DNA of 58,479 nucleotides from positions 1-58,479 of the IMG/VR virus record IMGVR_UViG_3300005829_000002. One strand, given 5' to 3'. The notes under the pieces were generated by a model that saw only the letters and a list, made by a program, of their open reading frames with translations, was not told the origin of the DNA and ran no database searches. The translations under genes and the position numbers were made by a program. This document shows positions 28,991 through 36,926 of this stretch, piece by piece; positions within the stretch are counted from its first letter, which is position 1; each line of letters opens with the position of its first letter. The DNA comes from a virus.

Positions 28991-30382
28991 ATGGGACAAA
29001 TACGTCTTGGCATCGGCCAGGTGAACATAACAAATTACCTTATTGCGGTTGCAAGAAAGACAACAACGCCTTTGGTTATAGAAGCCCAGGAATCATATGC
29101 CCCTGTTCATCCGGCAACAAGAAATGTGGTGGTGCCCGCAGCGGGAGATATAGATCCAGTAATTTATTACGTTGATTTTTATGAATCTTCAAATGGGATA
29201 TCATTAGATTTACTTCTTTCCCAATTTGTTTACGATCTAAAGAACCAGATCGTAATATCCGAACGCAGATTTTATGTTGGCGGCGGCGGTCAGTCATATG
29301 ATCCACCCGCAGATCAGGATACATTAACCGATGCATATCTGGATGGCAAAACAATTTCTGGTGTGTTTAAAACTGGATATGGCTACCTGCGCCCAAACAC
29401 TGAGCCTATAGTTGAATGGATACCGGTTACAGGAGGCGGCATCCAGTTGCAGAATAATTTAACATTCAGTCAGGACGAAGTTTATTCTATAGAAATAAGT
29501 TACCTGGCGCAGCAAAACACTACTTCTGGTGGTGGGCTTTATAACGGCGTTGAGCTTATTGATACAAATACAACTCTCACATCGACACATAGAAATAAAC
29601 GCCTTAGATGTGAATCTGCAGCGAGTAATAAGCTAGTAGTGATTTTGGAATCTGTAGCGACAGTTGTTGCGGGGACGTTCTATCATATGACAAGCAATGG
29701 TGGCGCCCAAAATCAAACCCGCGTTTTACCTGCTGGCTCGGAAACCATTTTATACAACGGAGAAAACTACACAGAAATATCTTTTGGCAAAGGAGAGTTC
29801 TTGCGCATTGTTAAAATTGGTACTATATGGGAAGCTGAATTGGTGCATCATAATATCCTACAAATCGGTGAACGTTTTGCAGGAACATGGAAAGATCATC
29901 CATCGACGAAACCTGAAAACGGAACCTTATACGATGGCGATGAGTGGCCGCGCATGTGGTGGTGGTTAAAGAATAAATTGCCCTCTACTCACTATATAGT
30001 TGATGACAATGTGATAAACGGGGGATATACTCATCCTGCAACTTACGAAGGCTTATTCGTTTTGCATTCTACACTAAAAAAATTCAGGGTGCCTAATACG
30101 CAGGGATGGGGAGAACGAGGATTGGCAAATTTTACGATATATGGTACAGATAGCGCCAACAGGGCATACGATTACCCAGGCGGCACACAGATAGGGCAAG
30201 TGGGTGAGTTTACGGACTTTGTAACGCTTCCAAAAGGGAATAGTTACACCGGCGGCCCTAACCAGTCGAGGATTGGTAATGGAGCTAATACGCCCCAGAA
30301 CTTTACCTATCAACAAACATTTAATTCGGGAAAGGAAAATATTATGAAAAACAATGGAGTAATTTATTTACGTAGATTCTAA
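28991..30382 (+). CDS. tail fibre-like protein
   Basis: Called from position. The C-terminal FRVPNTQGWGERGL...GGTQIGQVGEF is reminiscent of tail-collar domains. Confidence 0.4.
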   Translation: MGQIRLGIGQVNITNYLIAVARKTTTPLVIEAQESYAPVHPATRNVVVPAAGDIDPVIYYVDFYESSNGISLDLLLSQFVYDLKNQIVISERRFYVGGGGQSYDPPADQDTLTDAYLDGKTISGVFKTGYGYLRPNTEPIVEWIPVTGGGIQLQNNLTFSQDEVYSIEISYLAQQNTTSGGGLYNGVELIDTNTTLTSTHRNKRLRCESAASNKLVVILESVATVVAGTFYHMTSNGGAQNQTRVLPAGSETILYNGENYTEISFGKGEFLRIVKIGTIWEAELVHHNILQIGERFAGTWKDHPSTKPENGTLYDGDEWPRMWWWLKNKLPSTHYIVDDNVINGGYTHPATYEGLFVLHSTLKKFRVPNTQGWGERGLANFTIYGTDSANRAYDYPGGTQIGQVGEFTDFVTLPKGNSYTGGPNQSRIGNGANTPQNFTYQQTFNSGKENIMKNNGVIYLRRF

Positions 30383-30420
30383 AGTTTCTGAACTAATTGA
30401 AAATAGTATAATTTTATATC

Positions 30421-33400
30421 ATGAAAACTCCAAATTTATTGGAGCCAAAACAGCGAAAGGCTTTCCGGGATAAATACCTGGCAGCTGTTTTTGCGGTGGG
30501 GGCTCTTTTTATCAGTTCACTTGCGGGTGCGCAACTTGATAGCGCAAAGTATTCGCCAATAAACGGATATGGTTTTAAATATAAAAGACATGTGCAGGAT
30601 AGTTTGGCAATTATGCCTCTTTCTAATTCCCCACATATTCCTTATAGAAAAGGTGGATACCGGTACAACATAACAGACACTTGTCTTGAGTTATGGACGG
30701 GCACCCAATGGATTCCAGATAATAGAGCAACCCAATTAACTGATAGCACATTTCTCGTTGGCCATGATACGATTACTATTCGCGGTACAGGCGGCACCAA
30801 TATCGCAAATGCTGCCCTTACAGCGAACGGCGACTATACGCAAAACTGGAACCATTTTCAGTGGTATATAGATTCTATAAGTGGAATTACATGGAAGATA
30901 AATGAACCATCTACGTATAATGCCCTTAACCGATTTCGATATATTAAAAATATTTCTAACAATATAGGTAACGCGTTACAGGAAGGATGGACATTAGAGG
31001 ATCAAGGAGGATTCGATAGTCTATCCTATAACGTTCTATCGAATTACCTGGGTACTAGTCTTGTTCATCAAGGGGGCAATACTCTATCGCAAATTGAATT
31101 AAATGGCGGCTTTACCACTCCCGAAATAAATATTCAAACATTCGGATCTGGCTCTAACAGTTTAATTAAAGTTGATAAAAAAATAACGCTAAATCCGACC
31201 GACAGCTTACGATTAAAGGCTATTCCGGCAGCTACAGCTGATAGTGTATTGGGAGTACGGGCATATGCATCTGGCCTCAATACTGTGGTTAAATTTCCAG
31301 TGCCAAGTGGTACCTCCGGCGTTACCACGATGGCCGCAATCGGCAGTACGCCTAACGCTAATGCGGCAACTATATCAGGGAGTACGCTAACATTACAGCC
31401 AACCAATGGACAATATGGAGGGATTATCAATACTGATACACAAACGATAGCGGGGAGTAAATTTCTTATCGCTAAACATAATACGATAATGGGCTTTGCC
31501 CCACGCCTTCAAACTCAACTTGCACCAACTGAAGATATATCAACAGAGTTCAGTAATGGGCGCTATATGGGCTTTGGGTTTGCTGGTGTAACAAATTCAG
31601 GTAAGTACTTCATGATCTATGCTGACGCGATAAATCATGTCGGTGATAGTTCTAAAATCAAAATGAGTAAATCGAGTGACCAGGGAAAGACCTGGGATAC
31701 GACAGTTATAATTAGTGGACCAGGTGGCGGTAACCATTGGGTTAGTATGGGTGCAGGTGGAGTTACCGGAAGCGGTAGAATAATAGCAGCATACTTCGAC
31801 TTCGACAAAACAACAATCGGCGCTTCTGATAATGTGACCACCGCAATTAAAATAAAATATAGCGATGATGAGGGCACTACATGGAGTAGTCCTTTCACTA
31901 TTTCGCTGGGATCAACTATAAACAACCAATTGCCATATGGCCCTATGATCAGGATCGGCGGCGATTCTCTGCTGATAAGCTGGTATGGGATAACAGCAGG
32001 AGGCAATGAAGTATATGTTATAAAGTCGGGTGATGACGGTGCAACCTGGGGTAGTAATATTTTAGTCTCTAACGATTATGCTACACAGCGCGATGAAAGT
32101 TCGTTCACGTATATTGGTGGTAGTACTATCATAGGGTTGCTTCGCGGAGAAACTACGACATATAAACAAGTAAAGTCTACCGATAATGGCAATACGTGGA
32201 CCGATCAAGGAAATGTTTCCTTTGGCACAAGTGGTACACCGCCATGGACCAGATCTTATATAGATGTAAATGGTCAGAGGGTAATGGTGTGTTACTTCAA
32301 AAATGGTGGGCTTTACTCTATCTCCGGATACGCCTCTGACATCATTAGCGGCCCGTCTGGCTGGAAAAGCAGTACATTGCAGCAACTTATATCGACTGTA
32401 GCGGGTAACAATTATATTAATATAGTCCATCCGGACAATAGCCCTTATGGCTTCGGGTATTATTACAGAGAAACAGTTGCATTAACTTCTACGGCGATTG
32501 ATTTTATAAAAGTTCCGAAAGACAACTTTATCCCACTTCCAAAAGTATTTACATCGACTATAGGAATAGGAGGTACACCAACATCGGGCGTTGATCTCCA
32601 CATCAATAAGACTACCGACGCATATATATATTTGACAGGCGGTAATGCAAACTTTGTGATGGGCGCTAACGCGGCGCCGGGTACCGGAGATTATGCAGCT
32701 TTTGTTCGCAATGTTTCGAGTGGAGGAAATCTTGATATATCAAACGATAGTAAAAAGATTAGGTTATCAACCAGCATTTCCGGTGGGTACCGAAGTGATT
32801 TTCAGATTGCTTCTAGTGGTTATATTGGTATAGGCAATAACGTTGGAACACCTGCTACTAGGCTTGATATTGCGGGCGCAAACGCAAAGGCAGGATCGCC
32901 GGAAGACATATTCCAATTAAGGTCGTCTGACGCTAGTAATTATCTGGGCTTGAATTTTTCGATTGGGAATAATTCCTCTTCTGGAAGTAGATACTTAGGA
33001 CTACAAGGATTTGAGGGTGCTGGTTTTAAAACACTTGCATTAAATCCATTCGGAGGATTTGTTGGAATAAACAATACTGCACCTGACGCTTATTTGGCTA
33101 TCAAAGGCGCCCAGGCAAAGGCCGGAAGTGAAGAAACTATTGCAACATTCAATTCGAGTGATGCCAGCCAACCATTATCGTTATGGGTTAATATCGGCAA
33201 CAATGCTACTTCCGGTAGTCGTGGTATAGGACTTCAAGCTATAGAATCCGGATCGGGTTACAAAAACATGTGGCTAAATCCTGACGGCGCGAATGTTCTT
33301 ATAGGCACACGAACAAATAACACATACAAGCTACAGGTCAATGGTGCCATAAGCACCGTTACCGATAGCGCGGCAAGCCCTGTGAATATGGCATGGATAG

Positions 33401-33792
33401 ATACCGATGGTAAGATCAGAAAGGCGGCGGTGCCTGGCGGTGGAGCAACTTTAGCATCCGGAACGTATACGCCTACTTTAACCAATGAATCAAACATCAC
33501 AGCATCTACGGCTTATCAATGTCAGTATATGAGAGTGGGTAATACCGTTACTGTGAGTGGCAAAATCAACATTGACTATACCGCAACCGGCAGCGCAACG
33601 CTAGGCATTTCCCTCCCAATTGCTTCTGATATCGCCAATGACAATGAGGTTGCAGGAACAATGAATGCCGAGGTTAATAATGGTGGAGTAATCAGAGGTG
33701 ATGCAACAAACAACAGGGCGCAGTTTTACATTAATACCGGTTCAAGCGCCGGGTACGATTACTTTTTCACGTTTACATACCAGATACTATAA
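30421..33792 (+). CDS. BNR/Asp-box (sialidase-like beta-propeller) tail protein with an N-terminal signal-like helix
   Basis: Four S-x-D-x-G-x-T-W boxes: SSDQGKTW 31672-95, SDDEGTTW 31861-84, SGDDGATW 32026-49, STDNGNTW 32176-99. N-terminus KYLAAVFAVGALFISSLAGAQ. Internal repeats of about 76 aa. Confidence 0.7.
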   Translation: MKTPNLLEPKQRKAFRDKYLAAVFAVGALFISSLAGAQLDSAKYSPINGYGFKYKRHVQDSLAIMPLSNSPHIPYRKGGYRYNITDTCLELWTGTQWIPDNRATQLTDSTFLVGHDTITIRGTGGTNIANAALTANGDYTQNWNHFQWYIDSISGITWKINEPSTYNALNRFRYIKNISNNIGNALQEGWTLEDQGGFDSLSYNVLSNYLGTSLVHQGGNTLSQIELNGGFTTPEINIQTFGSGSNSLIKVDKKITLNPTDSLRLKAIPAATADSVLGVRAYASGLNTVVKFPVPSGTSGVTTMAAIGSTPNANAATISGSTLTLQPTNGQYGGIINTDTQTIAGSKFLIAKHNTIMGFAPRLQTQLAPTEDISTEFSNGRYMGFGFAGVTNSGKYFMIYADAINHVGDSSKIKMSKSSDQGKTWDTTVIISGPGGGNHWVSMGAGGVTGSGRIIAAYFDFDKTTIGASDNVTTAIKIKYSDDEGTTWSSPFTISLGSTINNQLPYGPMIRIGGDSLLISWYGITAGGNEVYVIKSGDDGATWGSNILVSNDYATQRDESSFTYIGGSTIIGLLRGETTTYKQVKSTDNGNTWTDQGNVSFGTSGTPPWTRSYIDVNGQRVMVCYFKNGGLYSISGYASDIISGPSGWKSSTLQQLISTVAGNNYINIVHPDNSPYGFGYYYRETVALTSTAIDFIKVPKDNFIPLPKVFTSTIGIGGTPTSGVDLHINKTTDAYIYLTGGNANFVMGANAAPGTGDYAAFVRNVSSGGNLDISNDSKKIRLSTSISGGYRSDFQIASSGYIGIGNNVGTPATRLDIAGANAKAGSPEDIFQLRSSDASNYLGLNFSIGNNSSSGSRYLGLQGFEGAGFKTLALNPFGGFVGINNTAPDAYLAIKGAQAKAGSEETIATFNSSDASQPLSLWVNIGNNATSGSRGIGLQAIESGSGYKNMWLNPDGANVLIGTRTNNTYKLQVNGAISTVTDSAASPVNMAWIDTDGKIRKAAVPGGGATLASGTYTPTLTNESNITASTAYQCQYMRVGNTVTVSGKINIDYTATGSATLGISLPIASDIANDNEVAGTMNAEVNNGGVIRGDATNNRAQFYINTGSSAGYDYFFTFTYQIL

Positions 33793-33848
33793 ACCATTCA
33801 CCTCATCCTATACATTATTTAACCCGACCCGAATAAATTCGGTATAAA

Positions 33849-34079
33849 ATGCGAAGTAAAGCAATGGAGCATAATAATCATGGCCCTGTTTTCGGAACAA
33901 TAGCATCGATAATATTATTCTTTATATCACACTTTACGCTCAGTGATGGTGCTGCATTAGCAGCCATATTCGCGGGGGCAACAACAGGTGGATATAACAT
34001 TTATAAATTCTATAAAGACAATAAAAATAATAATCATGACAGAGTTTCTCAGAAAAATAACAAGCAAAGACATACGTAA
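33849..34079 (+). CDS. holin-like small membrane protein
   Basis: Two hydrophobic segments and a charged C-tail. Sits at the head of the lysis region. Confidence 0.4.
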   Translation: MRSKAMEHNNHGPVFGTIASIILFFISHFTLSDGAALAAIFAGATTGGYNIYKFYKDNKNNNHDRVSQKNNKQRHT

Positions 34080-34278
34080 TGTTCTTGCTGTGATAATCGT
34101 AGTAGGCAGCTACGTGTTATTTTATTTCCTCGTTATAAAAGCGGTGCCACCCGAAAATAAGGATCTGCTAAATATCGTAGCAGGTATGTTATTCGGTGGC
34201 CCTCTCGCAGCAGTTGCTGGGTATTATTTCGGTAGTTCAAAATCAGAAGGCGATAAAGCAAAAAAGGATAACGAATGA
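34036..34278 (+). CDS. holin-like small membrane protein
   Basis: ATG at 34036 (MTEFLRKI...). Two TM segments and a KSEGDKAKKDNE tail. Confidence 0.45.
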   Translation: MTEFLRKITSKDIRNVLAVIIVVGSYVLFYFLVIKAVPPENKDLLNIVAGMLFGGPLAAVAGYYFGSSKSEGDKAKKDNE

Positions 34279-34907
34279 ACAAACTTGCAATAGCAGCTCT
34301 GTGCCTGGCGGTTATAGTCCTTCTATGGTTCATTCTCCACGAACCGAAACAGACAGATAGTCATAAGGACGATTATGCCCGGGTGATCGGTGAGCGGGAT
34401 AGTTTCAAGGTTCACGAGGTGGCAGGACTGCGAAAGATCGACAGCCTTGAATCCGCTGGCAGGTCGAAGGATAGTGCTATATCCGCATTACGTACTGAAC
34501 AAACGATTACCCGTAAAGCGCTGGATAAATATTCGGCTACCGCTTTCCGGCTTGCTGGCGAGGTTAAGGAGCTCCGCAAAGGTGACACAAGTGAGTTCGC
34601 CGGTAAATGCGATAGCCTGGCCGAACAGGCGCAGAACTTTGCATATCTGTATCAGCAGTATAAAGATTACAGCGATAGCCTAAGCGTTCAGGTAGAACAA
34701 CAGAAGGCCGACTATGCGACTGCATTAAATGAGCAGAAGAAACTATACACCGAATTAAAGACTAAATACGACGGCCTCATGCAGGCGTACACTGATCTAT
34801 TCAAAGATTACACGAGCGCAAAAAAGACTGTAAAACGTGAACGATTAAAAACAAAGATCGCGGCATTGCTGGCATTGATTGCCGTGGGAGCTGCGGTGTT
34901 GAAATAA
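34275..34907 (+). CDS. membrane-anchored coiled-coil protein (spanin-like candidate)
   Basis: N-terminal hydrophobic segment LAIAALCLAVIVLLWFIL, a long helical middle, and a C-terminal TM KIAALLALIAVGAAVLK. Confidence 0.35.
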   Translation: MNKLAIAALCLAVIVLLWFILHEPKQTDSHKDDYARVIGERDSFKVHEVAGLRKIDSLESAGRSKDSAISALRTEQTITRKALDKYSATAFRLAGEVKELRKGDTSEFAGKCDSLAEQAQNFAYLYQQYKDYSDSLSVQVEQQKADYATALNEQKKLYTELKTKYDGLMQAYTDLFKDYTSAKKTVKRERLKTKIAALLALIAVGAAVLK

Positions 34908-34949
34908 ATACTTAAAACCTGCCGTGTAGAGGTTAACGGTGTATTCGAT

Positions 34950-35450
34950 ATGAAAGTATTAACGCAAGGACACAAGTTCGAATTGAACCAATTTGAGCCA
35001 ATTCCAGATTTAAAACCACTAAAAGGGCTGGCGCTCGAATCGTATAAAGTTTCTCAATTGATTGAGAAAATTGATCCATCGGGAGCGCAAACCGCAGCAG
35101 TAATTGCTTCATCCGCATTAACGGATAAACTACTTGAACTGGAATATGGCAACCAAACCATTCAATTCATTGAAAAGAAGACTGTAACACAGATGCGGCT
35201 TGATGGTCAAATGCCGCCAGATCAATTGTTAGCACCTGACAAGTTGGATGAATTATTTACGATTAACAACGGCACTACTAATGAAGAAGTGCTGGAAATG
35301 CTCATTGATCGAATGAAGTATCTGCAAGCAAAATTTCCCTGCAAAGAAAATGCATGCTGCATTACCCATTTGGAAGAAGGGTTAATGTGGCTGGAAAAGA
35401 GAACCAGAGATCGTGTTAAGCGTGGCGTAGAGGGCAAGCATACTGCGTAA
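34950..35450 (+). CDS. hypothetical protein
   Basis: 166-aa ORF. Confidence 0.5.
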   Translation: MKVLTQGHKFELNQFEPIPDLKPLKGLALESYKVSQLIEKIDPSGAQTAAVIASSALTDKLLELEYGNQTIQFIEKKTVTQMRLDGQMPPDQLLAPDKLDELFTINNGTTNEEVLEMLIDRMKYLQAKFPCKENACCITHLEEGLMWLEKRTRDRVKRGVEGKHTA

Positions 35451-35486
35451 ATAAAAAAAGCCCAATGTTTGCAGCATTGAGCTTAT

Positions 35487-35747
35487 ATGATGACCACACA
35501 ACCCGATTCAAAATTAACCAAAATAAATTATATGTCAAATCAAAAATCAGAATTACGTAACCCGATCTTCTGGTGTCTAATCGCAATAGTAGTAGGCGGC
35601 GGCCTTGCAATTTGGGGCGCAATAAAAGGTGATTGTGGTGGCGGTCCCGGTTGCTGGCATGGTAGTGGGTTCTTAAAAATTGCTGGATGGATTTTAATAG
35701 GTGCCGGTATCGGAGGCTTCTTTTCATTGGGTAATCGCAGATCATGA
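35487..35747 (+). CDS. small membrane protein
   Basis: Gly-rich TM segments (FWCLIAIVVGGGLAIWGAI, IAGWILIGAGIGGFF). Confidence 0.45.
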   Translation: MMTTQPDSKLTKINYMSNQKSELRNPIFWCLIAIVVGGGLAIWGAIKGDCGGGPGCWHGSGFLKIAGWILIGAGIGGFFSLGNRRS

Positions 35748-36142
35748 TCACCTTCCTGATCAATCAGGCAGCGCTGGCCGGTTTCAATCTGATCAATTCA
35801 CGCATAGATGCCTACCGGATATTGAAGAACAAAAACATTGCCCACGGAATAAACTTTGGGGTATATGCCGTATTATGCGCATTGCTATGCTGGTTTGCAC
35901 GCTGGAACCTTGGGGTAATTACCCTATTCTGCGTTTCGGCCTTCTGCAACCGGCAACTTTCGTTCGACATCCCATTGAACCTTAGAAGGGGCCTGAAGTG
36001 GGATTATGTGTCACTGGCCAAACCGCCTGCAGCATGGCTCGACCGGCAGGAAATCAGGCTCTTTGGGTATAATGGTCGGGCGCCGATCGTAATGTATGCC
36101 GTCATTTGGGTGGTATGTTTAATAATTAAAATTTTGGTATGA
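35744..36142 (+). CDS. membrane protein
   Basis: Several hydrophobic segments. ATGA overlap upstream. Confidence 0.5.
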   Translation: MITFLINQAALAGFNLINSRIDAYRILKNKNIAHGINFGVYAVLCALLCWFARWNLGVITLFCVSAFCNRQLSFDIPLNLRRGLKWDYVSLAKPPAAWLDRQEIRLFGYNGRAPIVMYAVIWVVCLIIKILV

Positions 36143-36342
36143 TCATAACAAATAATTATTTGTCAAATGGTAATTATTGCGCTTTTGCTTCAGAGGGAGA
36201 AGAAGATTATTACAGGCCATGGCCAGACGAAAGAGGCGTAATACCGCGCGATTTAACTTTGGGATATGCGGACTTTGTTGATTTCGGAAGACTGCATGTT
36301 TATCCAATTGCTTTATTTAAAGACAAGATTAAAGAGTTATGA
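36139..36342 (+). CDS. hypothetical protein
   Basis: 67-aa ORF with overlapping junctions on both sides. Confidence 0.4.
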   Translation: MIITNNYLSNGNYCAFASEGEEDYYRPWPDERGVIPRDLTLGYADFVDFGRLHVYPIALFKDKIKEL

Positions 36343-36920
36343 TCAATCGCGATAATTTTTTCTTTTCAATACGCCAATCCCTTTTTAAAGGCGGACTAAA
36401 GCAACTCCAGGTCGAAGGCATAAATGCTATTCTGGATAAATGGGAAGCCCAACAATTAACCGATTCGCGTTGGCTGGCGTACATGCTCGCTACCGCATAC
36501 CACGAGACGGCGAAGACCATGCAGCCGATAGAGGAGTACGGAAAGGGCAAGGGCTATAAGTATGGAAAGAAGATTAAGCGTTCGGGAATTCCATACACCT
36601 TGCCCGATCATCTATACTATGGGCGTGGTTACGTTCAATTAACATGGTTTGAAAACTACGAAACCATGGGCCGCCTATTGGGTATTGATCTTCTCAATAA
36701 TCCTGAACTGGCACTTCATCCGAATATTGCCGCTGAGATTATGTTCGAGGGCATGACCAAAGGCAATAGCCATTTCGGTGACTTCACCGGCAAGTCACTG
36801 GAGAATTATTTCAACGACAAAAAAGAAGATTGGGTAAATGCGCGGCGCATTATTAATGGAACTGATTGCGCAGATATCATTGCCGGCTATGGTAAGAAAT
36901 TCTTAACTGCAATTCAATAA
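36339..36920 (+). CDS. endolysin, glycoside hydrolase family 19-like
   Basis: ATAYHETAKTMQPIEEYG ... YYGRGYVQLTWFENYE matches the GH19 catalytic blocks. Confidence 0.8.
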   Translation: MINRDNFFFSIRQSLFKGGLKQLQVEGINAILDKWEAQQLTDSRWLAYMLATAYHETAKTMQPIEEYGKGKGYKYGKKIKRSGIPYTLPDHLYYGRGYVQLTWFENYETMGRLLGIDLLNNPELALHPNIAAEIMFEGMTKGNSHFGDFTGKSLENYFNDKKEDWVNARRIINGTDCADIIAGYGKKFLTAIQ

Positions 36921-36926
36921 CTATAT

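Noticed and set aside
33793-33848. CCGAAT-aa-ATTCGG palindrome after the BNR gene, and the hairpin after 35450, as terminators.
   Set aside because: The loops are very short or the + strand T-tract is missing. The evidence is too weak to call.
35701-35985. 94-aa + ORF overlapping the 35487 and 35744 membrane genes.
   Set aside because: It is out of frame with two better-supported, translationally coupled ORFs and has Arg/His-rich junk-like composition.
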